A stretch of DNA of 32,000 nucleotides, taken from positions 5,181-37,180 of the forward strand of contig NZ_VUNG01000009.1 of assembly GCF_009695775.1 (NCBI RefSeq), in the 5' to 3' direction. Each line of letters starts with the position of its first letter. The first letter of the stretch is position 1. The notes under the pieces were generated by a model that did not search any database, was not told where the DNA came from, and worked only from the letters and a program-made list of their open reading frames with translations. This DNA comes from Hallella mizrahii (lineage in GTDB: Bacteria; Bacteroidota; Bacteroidia; Bacteroidales; Bacteroidaceae). Made by a program: the position numbers and the translations under genes. Below are positions 10,112 to 18,236 of the stretch, piece by piece.

Positions 10112-11341
10112 TTACAAAACAGCCAAAGCTGTCAGCAAGTCAACGCCCGTGGCATCAGCCAGATGCTGTGGGTCATTGCCACTGAGAACAGAACCAATAG
10201 CATAGAGGTTGTCTATCGTCGTGCCATCTTTGCTGACTCGGAACTGGTTATCGGCTTTCACACCGAAGCTCTCGTAGGGTTGCTTGTCAAAGAGCTTGTC
10301 TGTTGTCCAGTCTACACGACTGGCAGCTCCGTTCAATTCTACGTCCAAGCCAAAGACAGACTCGCGTACGCTGTAGTAATCCGAGGAAAGACCACCACCA
10401 AGGAAAGATCCTGTTGCCAGCACAAAATCATTGGCTTCCAGACGGGTGTCGGCAAGATGCTCGGTACAAACATACTTCAGACGGTTGTTCTCAAAGCCTC
10501 CTCCCTTGACCGTGTCGTTGGGAAGCAGTGTGCCACCTAACTGCTGGAAGCGGCGTCGCAACAGACTCTGAATACGTGTGCCGGGCACCGAGGGAGGGAT
10601 CGTAGCCACAAAGCGTAGCGGTGTCTTCACGCTTTCTTTCAACAACTTCACCGCACGGTTGTTGGCAATGCCAAGGATAGCAGGCAAGAGCAACAGTTCG
10701 CAATAGCGGGGAGTGATAGAGTTCAGCCGGTCAGCGACCTCTTTCACATGGTTGTCATCATCGAGATATTTGGCAATGTTCGTTGCTCTCATCTCCGAAG
10801 GACTGCGGCGTGCGTTCTCCAACAGCGGTGTCGTGAACGAACGGACTGTCACCTCGGCACCCATATCACGCAAAGCGTCGGCAAGATAAGGGACTGCAAA
10901 ATCAAGGAATCCCACGATATTGACCAGCCCTATCTTCTTTCCTTTGAGTTCCTCCGCACTGTCGACGGAAAACATGTCTTCCATTGTCAACCAGGTGGGA
11001 ACCAACTTTCCTATCGGTGAGAGGCGGAAATGGTTGTGATGAGCATCGCCCTGCGTGCGCACACCGGCGTCGGCAAGCAACTGACAGGCTTGGGCAGCCA
11101 ACTGCTCTACATCGCCAAGACGATGATAAGGATGGCTTTCGGGAAGCGCGGCGATAGCAGCCACGGGATCACTGACCGGTTGTCCCTGCTGGTAACCCAA
11201 TAAGTCGAACGAGCCGGAATGGAAGTGGAGATTGCTTTCTCCAGCCGTGACGACTGCCACTCGCTTGCCTTTCTGAGCCTGAGCGATGGCACAAGTCATG
11301 CCACTCAGACCGCCACCTATTATAATAGTATCGAATTTCAT
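10112..11341 (-). CDS. glpB: Anaerobic glycerol-3-phosphate dehydrogenase subunit B
   Basis: 409 aa. N-terminal dinucleotide fold MKFDTIIIGGGLSGMTCA. Located between glpA and glpC with 19- and 32-nt gaps. Confidence 0.9.
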   Translation of the reverse strand: MKFDTIIIGGGLSGMTCAIAQAQKGKRVAVVTAGESNLHFHSGSFDLLGYQQGQPVSDPVAAIAALPESHPYHRLGDVEQLAAQACQLLADAGVRTQGDAHHNHFRLSPIGKLVPTWLTMEDMFSVDSAEELKGKKIGLVNIVGFLDFAVPYLADALRDMGAEVTVRSFTTPLLENARRSPSEMRATNIAKYLDDDNHVKEVADRLNSITPRYCELLLLPAILGIANNRAVKLLKESVKTPLRFVATIPPSVPGTRIQSLLRRRFQQLGGTLLPNDTVKGGGFENNRLKYVCTEHLADTRLEANDFVLATGSFLGGGLSSDYYSVRESVFGLDVELNGAASRVDWTTDKLFDKQPYESFGVKADNQFRVSKDGTTIDNLYAIGSVLSGNDPQHLADATGVDLLTALAVL

Positions 11342-11360
11342 AATCTACAAGAATTAGGTG

Positions 11361-12977
11361 TTAGTTCATTCCAAACAGTTCTTGATAAATCTTCAGCGTC
11401 AGCTGATTCTCTTTCAAAGCATCGCCCCAGGCAATCGGTCTGTCACCTTTCCAGCGTTCCTGAACGAAGGTGCTCAGATCCTCAAGTGCTTTCTTGGCTT
11501 CGCTATGACCGAGCTGGCACAGCACACTCGACGCACGGCAAGCACAAAGCTCACCTTGGCAGGTGCCCATGCCTATGCGGGTACGACGACGAAGATTGGT
11601 CAGTCCATGAACATGAAGCTTGTCAATGGCGAACTTCACCTCGCCGACACTCACCTCTTCGCACTCACAGACAAGCGCGTGGTCCTCTATCTCGCTGTAA
11701 GGAATATCCTTCGTGAAGGTGCCATGACGCCCGATCTCTGCCATCCGGCTTGTGGAGGCTGTGAGATTTCGGAAGTCGCTTTGCAACTCATTCTTAATTT
11801 CTCGCGCACTTTCCTCAGAACCTGGCAACGGCGTGGTGGCGGTCTTACAAGGTTTGTCTACACCTAATTTCTTGCAGGCCAAATTGGTAGCTTGCTCAGC
11901 CATCAGGCGATAGGTCATCATCTTTCCGCCCGTGACGGTGATGAAACCCTTGAGTCCATCGCGCTGCTCGTGGTCGAGAACGATGATGCCACGGCTGATG
12001 CTGCGGCCAGAAGGATCGTCATCAGAGGCTACCAGCGGTCTCACGCCTGCGTAAGCGCGGAGGATGCGTGAGGTGGAAAGACTGGGAGCCAACTGCATGC
12101 CTTCCCTGATGAGCAGATCCACTTCCTCCGGTGTTGCCCTCATGTCATCGATCTGATCAAAAGGAACCCGGTCGCTGGTCGTGCCAATCACGCAGACGGC
12201 ATCGTCCGGAACCAATATATCGCCATTGGCTGGCTTGCGGCAACGATTGATCACCATGTGGTTGACACGATGCCCGAAAATCAGCAGCGTACCCTTAGCC
12301 GGGAACATGTTGATCTTGATATCAGCGAGCTGAGCCACCAAATGTCCCCAGATACCTGCTGCATTGATGACTAATTTGCAATGAATATCGGTTTTCTCTC
12401 CCGTATGGTTATTGCGCAGATGCACGCCTTTCATCACTCCGTTCTCTATGATGAAGCCTACAACCTCTTCGTAGGTCATCACTTCCGCACCATGCCGCTT
12501 GGCATCCAAGATGTTGGCAGTGGTCAGACGGAAGGGATCGACAGAGGCGTCGGGCACACGAACTGCACCTTTCAATGCTGGGTTCACGGCAGGTTCCAAC
12601 CGACGCGCTTCTTCCGGAGAAAGCACATCCGCGCGGATTCCGGCCTTCTGGCAAGCTTCTACAAACTTCTGCTGATACGCCAAGTCATCCTCAGGTAAGG
12701 TGATAAAGAGACCGTCGGTCTCTTCCACGCAGTGCCGGGCAATGCGACGGAGAATCTGATTCTCCTGTATACACTCCTTGGCAGACTCCTGATCAGTGAC
12801 AGCATAACGGGCTCCGCTATGCAGAAGACCATGGTTGCGTCCCGTAGCTCCATTGGTGAAATCGCGTTTCTCCACCAACAGCACCTTCAAACCACGCATG
12901 GCACAATCCCTTGCAGTACCTGCTCCTGTGATTCCTCCGCCTATGATGACGACATCATATAGATTGTTTTCGCTCAT
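11361..12977 (-). CDS. glpA: Anaerobic glycerol-3-phosphate dehydrogenase subunit A
   Basis: 538 aa. FAD fold YDVVIIGGGITGAGTARD and the G3P oxidase/dehydrogenase core. C-terminal BFD-like Cys cluster (CECEEVS...CQGELCACR). Confidence 0.95.
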   Translation of the reverse strand: MSENNLYDVVIIGGGITGAGTARDCAMRGLKVLLVEKRDFTNGATGRNHGLLHSGARYAVTDQESAKECIQENQILRRIARHCVEETDGLFITLPEDDLAYQQKFVEACQKAGIRADVLSPEEARRLEPAVNPALKGAVRVPDASVDPFRLTTANILDAKRHGAEVMTYEEVVGFIIENGVMKGVHLRNNHTGEKTDIHCKLVINAAGIWGHLVAQLADIKINMFPAKGTLLIFGHRVNHMVINRCRKPANGDILVPDDAVCVIGTTSDRVPFDQIDDMRATPEEVDLLIREGMQLAPSLSTSRILRAYAGVRPLVASDDDPSGRSISRGIIVLDHEQRDGLKGFITVTGGKMMTYRLMAEQATNLACKKLGVDKPCKTATTPLPGSEESAREIKNELQSDFRNLTASTSRMAEIGRHGTFTKDIPYSEIEDHALVCECEEVSVGEVKFAIDKLHVHGLTNLRRRTRIGMGTCQGELCACRASSVLCQLGHSEAKKALEDLSTFVQERWKGDRPIAWGDALKENQLTLKIYQELFGMN

Positions 12978-13070
12978 GTCAAAAGACCTTTTAGGTTGAT
13001 ATTCGATGGTTTTGATACTCAGACTTTCGTTTTGTTACATTTACGAAATCATTATATCTTCAAACCGAAA

Positions 13071-13078
13071 CAAAATTA
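13071..13078 (-). promoter_or_regulatory. Candidate -7 promoter box TAATTTTG upstream of glpA
   Basis: The plus strand reads caaaatta, which is TAatTTTG on the minus strand, 94 nt upstream of the glpA ATG in a 360-bp AT-rich leader. Other AT-rich near-matches exist, so the assignment is tentative. Confidence 0.3.
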
Positions 13079-13243
13079 GGATAAAATCTCGAAAGTTGTT
13101 TCTTTTGTTAATACTAATTAACATAAAAGTGCTTTTTATGTATTTTACCCTATCCCGACGTTTCATTTCTCAACCAAAAACGAAACAGAGAAAGTATAAA
13201 AACGCTGCAAGCGCATTTTCGTCAAGCAGTATTTACTGACATG

Positions 13244-13275
13244 AAAAAAGGCGGAGCAATATGCCCCGCCTTTTT
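13244..13275. terminator. Intrinsic terminator-like hairpin (bidirectional: A6-stem-loop-stem-T5)
   Basis: aaaaaa ggcggagc aatat gccccgcc ttttt. Located 67 nt downstream of the stop of the 13342-13944 gene, so it insulates that gene from the glpA promoter region. Confidence 0.6.
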
Positions 13276-13341
13276 GAGATAGCCTGATTTGAATAAGTTG
13301 ATTGCTTGTTCTCACAAAGCTAAAAGTCTCTTTTCAGAAAG

Positions 13342-13944
13342 TTATTTGTCTGTCTTCTCTGTAGTCTTACCCGTTACTTTAGCGTCTGACTGGCAGCAGT
13401 TACTCTTTGCTTGCTGGCAATGCTCACCATCTTTCTGCTGCACATGACTGTCACAGTGCTGCTGATCAGCGTCGCAATGTTGCTGATTGCCAGCACACTG
13501 TTGCTGTGCACTGTTGTCTCCATGATGACGGCCTCGCATACCGTGTTGCGGACGCATTTGTTGGTAAGTCTTATACTGGTCTTCCGAAAGGATGTCTTTC
13601 AGCTCCTTTTCATAAGCCGCACGCTGTTCGAAACGCTGTTTCATCTGAGCTTTCTGCTCATCAGTGAGTTCTGGACGCTGTCCGCTTTCTTTGTTCTGAC
13701 CAGCACTTTGGTTCATCTGAGGGCGCGGACCACCTTTTCCTGGTCTCAGGACACTTTCGTACTTTTTGTTCAACGCTTCCACCTTCTTCTGCTGGTCGGC
13801 ATTCAATCCAAGCTTCTGCGTCATCATGGTTGTCACTGTGGCCGCATCCATCTTACGGGACTGACGGCCGTTTGCATTCTGAGCCATGGCCATTGTCATA
13901 GACAACAGTGCCACAAGCATCAACATCATCTTTTTCATATTCAT
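13342..13944 (-). CDS. Periplasmic Spy/CpxP/ZraP-like LTXXQ-motif protein (DUF4890-like) with a Cys/His/Gln-rich C-terminal tail
   Basis: 200 aa. Signal peptide MKKMMLMLVALLSMTMAMAQ. LTXXQ-type motifs (LNADQQ, LTDEQKAQ). Tail HHGDNSAQQQCAGNQQHCDADQQHCDSHVQQKDGEHCQQAKSNCCQ. Confidence 0.7.
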   Translation of the reverse strand: MNMKKMMLMLVALLSMTMAMAQNANGRQSRKMDAATVTTMMTQKLGLNADQQKKVEALNKKYESVLRPGKGGPRPQMNQSAGQNKESGQRPELTDEQKAQMKQRFEQRAAYEKELKDILSEDQYKTYQQMRPQHGMRGRHHGDNSAQQQCAGNQQHCDADQQHCDSHVQQKDGEHCQQAKSNCCQSDAKVTGKTTEKTDK

Positions 13945-14181
13945 GCGTTTTTTGTTTCAAAGCACATAAAAAGATTCGCAAGCGCCCTCCATCGGAGATA
14001 TACTGTCTACAGACGCCTTGTGCGCGCCAGACAGTCTCACTCTCTCGACTGAGCAGAATACAGATTTTTTATTGCTTCTTATTGCCTTTGACGCACGCAG
14101 CCTTCAAGTGTTTAATAGCTAAAGCGTGAAAATAAGCAAACGAAGATTAACTATTGTCGGCTAATGACACTCACAACCACA

Positions 14182-14655
14182 TCAGTCGCCCATCATATCC
14201 ACGATAGCACCCAAGTCTTCGGGGTTGATATTTCCTTTGACCAACACACCCACACAATTGCTTTCGCTATATACACAAGTAATGATTTCGCTAATCAACT
14301 CATCGTCTTTCTTGATCATCACCAGCAGGTCGCTGTCACCCTGCTTGGTGCGCGCATACTCTTCATAGCCCTCTTTACTCAAGGCAGCCACTTGTTGTGC
14401 AAACTTCTTGCGTGTGCGCTTCTTGCAATTGCCCAAACGGAGGACACGTGCAGACTTCACCTCTTTCAACACGGCCGCCACATTGTCATCCTTCACCTTG
14501 TCACCAGCCAATGCCATCAACACGCCGGGCACGCTAGTGTACTCTGCTTTCTTCTCACTGCGAAAGGCATCAAAGACCTTCTGAGCCTGTTGGGCACATG
14601 CAAACTGCGTGGCAAATGCCACCAGCAGCATCAATAACATCTTCTTCATCATCAT
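14182..14655 (-). CDS. DUF4252-family secreted protein
   Basis: 157 aa. Signal peptide MMMKKMLLMLLVAFATQFACAQ. The overall pattern is typical of Bacteroidota DUF4252 (SARVLRL...YEEY...LLVMIKKDDELISEII...VLVKGNINPEDL). Confidence 0.6.
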   Translation of the reverse strand: MMMKKMLLMLLVAFATQFACAQQAQKVFDAFRSEKKAEYTSVPGVLMALAGDKVKDDNVAAVLKEVKSARVLRLGNCKKRTRKKFAQQVAALSKEGYEEYARTKQGDSDLLVMIKKDDELISEIITCVYSESNCVGVLVKGNINPEDLGAIVDMMGD

Positions 14656-14783
14656 CTGATTTCTACCTTCTAAAACTTGTATTCCATTTATAAGTAAACG
14701 ATCTCCCCCCTACTTTATTGTCATTCAAACGGATGAAGAACTACTCTGCTTCATAATAGCCGACAGTTCTGCCATGCACAACA

Positions 14784-16127
14784 TCACAGTATTCCCAGCT
14801 GATGCAGGAATACGGCAAGGATGCACACGGGCGAGACGAAGCGGATGATAAAGAGCCAGACAGCATAGAAGCGGCCCCGCACCGTGCCCCAATTGGTAAA
14901 CTCGTCACGCACAATGCGCTTCGGCACCACCCAGCCAATGAGGATACAGGTGAAGAAAGAACCTAAAGGCAAAAGAATATTGGAGGTCAGATAATCGCAG
15001 CACTCCAAGAAGGTCTTTCCGAAAAGACTGATGTCTGCCGCACCACAAGACAGAGAGCAGAGCACTCCGATGGTCACACACACCAACGTCTCCATGATGG
15101 CTCCCTTCTTGCGCGAGATATGCAACTCCTCATAAAACATTGCTGTGCCGATCTCGTGCATGGAAATGGTCGAAGTCAGTGCCGCCAAGGCCAGAAGCGC
15201 ATAGAACAGCACGCTGATGATATAACCGAGCGCGGGGCTGAACGCTTGCTGAAAGACATTGGGCAAGGTGATGAAGATGAGTGAGGGACCGCTGTCGGGA
15301 CGCACACCCACCGAGAAAGCTGCAGGGAAGATCATCAGTCCGGCCAACACAGCGATGAATGTGTCGATACCGGCAATCTGCAAGGCAGACTGTGACAGAT
15401 TGGTTTGCCGGCTGAAATAAGAGGCGTAGGTACACAGACAAGCTGTACCGAGCGACAACGAGAAAAAGCTCTGTCCCAAGGCATCAAGGAGGACATTGCT
15501 GTCGATCTTACTGAAGTCGGGCTTGAACAAGAAAGCGATACCCTTACCGGCACCGGGCAACAGACAGGAGGCCACCACAATGATAAGCAACAATATAAAT
15601 AAGGTGGGCATGAGCATATTACTAAACTTCTCAATACCCTTCCTCACGCCGCGGATGACAACCAAATGGGTCAGCACGATGAAAGCGACGGTCCACAGCA
15701 ATGGCTTCACGGGGTCGGAAGAGAAGTTTTTGAAATAGGCTGCCACATAAGCGGGGTCGCCATGGATGCCACCCAGCAAGGAGACCACAAGATATTGCAG
15801 ACACCATCCTGCCACCACGGCATAGAAACCTAAGATGATCATAGACGTGACGGCTCCCATATAACCGATCAGCGACCACCATCGCCCTCCCAACTGGTAA
15901 TAAGCACGGGCTGCGTTGGAGGCTCCATGCCGCCCAACGATAAACTCAGCGACCATTCCGGGGATGCCGAGAATAAGTATACTCACCAGATAGACAAGCA
16001 AGAAGGCGGCACCGCCGTCTTGTCCTGTCAGATAAGGGAAGCGCCAGATGTTGCCAAGTCCCACGGCTGATCCAGCCGTAGCAAGAATGACGCCTATCTT
16101 AGTTCCAAAGCTACCACGTTCAGACAT
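14784..16127 (-). CDS. Sodium-dependent transporter, SNF/NSS family (paralog 1)
   Basis: Start taken at MSERGSFGTKIGVILATAGSAVGLGNIWRFPY (ATG 16127); the ORF-track extension to 16154 is unlikely. It has the NSS signature GLGNIWRFPY and about 11-12 TM segments. Confidence 0.9.
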   Translation of the reverse strand: MSERGSFGTKIGVILATAGSAVGLGNIWRFPYLTGQDGGAAFLLVYLVSILILGIPGMVAEFIVGRHGASNAARAYYQLGGRWWSLIGYMGAVTSMIILGFYAVVAGWCLQYLVVSLLGGIHGDPAYVAAYFKNFSSDPVKPLLWTVAFIVLTHLVVIRGVRKGIEKFSNMLMPTLFILLLIIVVASCLLPGAGKGIAFLFKPDFSKIDSNVLLDALGQSFFSLSLGTACLCTYASYFSRQTNLSQSALQIAGIDTFIAVLAGLMIFPAAFSVGVRPDSGPSLIFITLPNVFQQAFSPALGYIISVLFYALLALAALTSTISMHEIGTAMFYEELHISRKKGAIMETLVCVTIGVLCSLSCGAADISLFGKTFLECCDYLTSNILLPLGSFFTCILIGWVVPKRIVRDEFTNWGTVRGRFYAVWLFIIRFVSPVCILAVFLHQLGIL

Positions 16128-16361
16128 AAGCAATGAAGAATGATGAATGATCAATTATAAGTGATGAATTGCAAAGGAGGACGGTACACAGCACCGTCGT
16201 ACAGAACCAAGCTAACCACAAAGGGTGCTCATTCCCTCTCTCCTCACTCTTGAAGCATGCTACGCACCTCTCCTTGGGAAAGAGGACAGGGGGGAGGCCA
16301 TCGGGGAGCAGGGGCATTGCCATAGGGGAACAGGAGCAAGGCCATCGGAGAGCAAGCCCTT

Positions 16362-17720
16362 CTATATCACATTGAACTGATGCAGGAAAATGCCCAAGAT
16401 AGCCAGCGGACAGACGAAACGCACCAAGAAAAGGAAGACACCGAAGAAGCGACCCCGCAACGTGCCCCAGTTGGTAAACTCATCCTTGACAACCGTCTTA
16501 GGAATAAACCATCCCAGGAAGATGCAGGTCAGGAAGCCACCGACCGGCAGGAAGATCTGTCCCGTGACGAAGTCAAACACATCAAACAGTGTCTTGTCGC
16601 CCACATACAGCCAGTTGACAGCCCCCAATGACAAAGAACAGAAAGCACCGATGATGGTAGTGGCGACTGTCACAATCGTTGCTCCCGTCTTGCGCGACAG
16701 GTGCAGCTCTTCACTGAAAAACGACGTGCTCACTTCGTGCAAAGAGATCAGAGAGGTCAACGCTGCCAGACTGAGCAGAGAATAGAACATCAGTGACACG
16801 ATCCAACCGATGACGGGCATACCCGAGAAAGCCTCATTGAAGACATTGGGCAAGGTGATGAACACCAGCGAAGGACCACTGCCTGGGTTTACGCCCACCG
16901 AGAACGCAGCAGGAAAGATCACCAGTCCGGCAAGGATAGCCACGAAGGTATCGACCAATGCCACCTGAATGGCAGAGTTGGCGAGATTGGTCTGTCGGGT
17001 GTAATAGGAGGCATAGGTACAGATACAGCCCATGGCGATGCTCAGCGAATAGAAGCTTTGTCCCAGCGCATTGAGGAAAGTCTGATGCGTCACCTTAGAG
17101 AAGTCGGGCTTCAGCAGGAAGCTGATGCCTTTCTCTGCGCCGGGGAGCAGACAAGCGGCCACCACGATGACAAGCAGCAAAACGAAGAGTGTGGGCATCA
17201 ACAGCTTCGAAGCTTTCTCTATTCCTCCGCGGATGCCGTGGATAATCACGAAGTGGGTGACCCACAGGATGACGACCGTCCAGAAGATCGGCCGCACCGG
17301 GCTTGTGGCAAACGTGTCGAAATAGGTTTTCACCGCCGTGGGATCGCCATGCAGTTCACCCATGACCGACGCATAGATATATTGCAGGCACCATCCCGAG
17401 ACGACGGCATAGTAGCCCGTGATCAGGAATCCCGTGAGCACACCCAGCAGTCCCACATACTTCCACGCCTTTCCTCCGGACATCTTGGAATAGGCGCGAA
17501 AGGTGTTTGACGCACCGTGGCGGCCAATGATAAATTCCGATATCATACACGGAATACCCAACAGCAACACACATCCTATATATATAAGGATAAAGGCAGC
17601 ACCACCGTTCTGCCCTGTCATATAGGGGAAACGCCACACATTTCCCAAGCCTACGGCACCACCGGCCGTGGCCAATATCATGCCTAACTTACTTCCGAAG
17701 CTTGCTCTTTCTTCTGCCAT
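16362..17720 (-). CDS. Sodium-dependent transporter, SNF/NSS family (paralog 2)
   Basis: Start taken at MAEERASFGSKLGMILATAGGAVGLGNVWRFPY (ATG 17720). Collinear and highly similar to paralog 1 along its full length. Confidence 0.9.
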   Translation of the reverse strand: MAEERASFGSKLGMILATAGGAVGLGNVWRFPYMTGQNGGAAFILIYIGCVLLLGIPCMISEFIIGRHGASNTFRAYSKMSGGKAWKYVGLLGVLTGFLITGYYAVVSGWCLQYIYASVMGELHGDPTAVKTYFDTFATSPVRPIFWTVVILWVTHFVIIHGIRGGIEKASKLLMPTLFVLLLVIVVAACLLPGAEKGISFLLKPDFSKVTHQTFLNALGQSFYSLSIAMGCICTYASYYTRQTNLANSAIQVALVDTFVAILAGLVIFPAAFSVGVNPGSGPSLVFITLPNVFNEAFSGMPVIGWIVSLMFYSLLSLAALTSLISLHEVSTSFFSEELHLSRKTGATIVTVATTIIGAFCSLSLGAVNWLYVGDKTLFDVFDFVTGQIFLPVGGFLTCIFLGWFIPKTVVKDEFTNWGTLRGRFFGVFLFLVRFVCPLAILGIFLHQFNVI

Positions 17721-17747
17721 AACATACAATTCATTTCTATTTGAATG

Positions 17748-17755
17748 CAAAATTA
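17748..17755 (-). promoter_or_regulatory. Candidate -7 box TAATTTTG for SNF paralog 2
   Basis: The plus strand reads caaaatta, which is TAatTTTG on the minus strand, 28 nt upstream of the ATG at 17720. Confidence 0.4.
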
Positions 17756-17768
17756 TAAAATAATATTG

Positions 17769-17776
17769 TAATTTTG
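17769..17776 (+). promoter_or_regulatory. Candidate -7 box TAATTTTG for the VanZ-like gene (divergent partner of the previous box)
   Basis: taattttg lies 29 nt upstream of the ATG at 17805. Confidence 0.4.
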
Positions 17777-17804
17777 CAGAAAAAAGCAATAAAAGATAAC
17801 AGAT

Positions 17805-18236
17805 ATGTACAACATCCTAAAGTCGTACCCCTTGTCAGTGCTCAGTGTTGTGGTAATATGGGTGCTCTGTTTGATTCCTATTCCAGAGACGCCCTTGAGC
17901 GACATCCGCATGATCGACAAATGGACACACTTCGTTCTTTACGGTGGTCTGTGCGTCGTCGAATGGGCAGAATACGGCCGTCAGCATGCCCGTCCGCTCA
18001 ACAGACGAGCATGGATCTACACGCTTTTGCTACCCGTGATCATGGGCGGCTTGATAGAAATCGTTCAAGCCACATGCACAGGCGGCAACCGTAGCGGCGA
18101 CATCATGGACTGGGCTGCCGACAACATCGGCGTGGTACTTGGCCAGCTTATCGGTATTCCTCTGGCACTAACTCTTTCCAAGTGGAGAAGGGGTGGGCAA
18201 GCATGTGAGAATTGTAGAAGTGAGGATCCCCAGTGA
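17805..18236 (+). CDS. VanZ-like family membrane protein
   Basis: 143 aa with 3-4 hydrophobic segments and VanZ-like blocks (DKWTHFVLYGGL, GGLIEIVQ...R.GDI.DW.AD..GVVLG). The last 29 codons overlap the convergent CYTH gene. Confidence 0.65.
   Translation: MYNILKSYPLSVLSVVVIWVLCLIPIPETPLSDIRMIDKWTHFVLYGGLCVVEWAEYGRQHARPLNRRAWIYTLLLPVIMGGLIEIVQATCTGGNRSGDIMDWAADNIGVVLGQLIGIPLALTLSKWRRGGQACENCRSEDPQ

Noticed and set aside
13006-13239. 77-aa ORF in the AT-rich glpA leader
   Set aside because: Low-complexity Ile/Lys/Leu/Phe sequence produced by AT-rich regulatory DNA. It is more plausibly the promoter/operator region of glpA.
16267-16285. Hairpin cctct...agagg downstream of SNF paralog 2, resembling the 20115-20135 hairpin
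   Set aside because: The stem is only 5 bp with a 9-nt loop. That is too weak to call a terminator or a repeat-family member without genome-wide counts.
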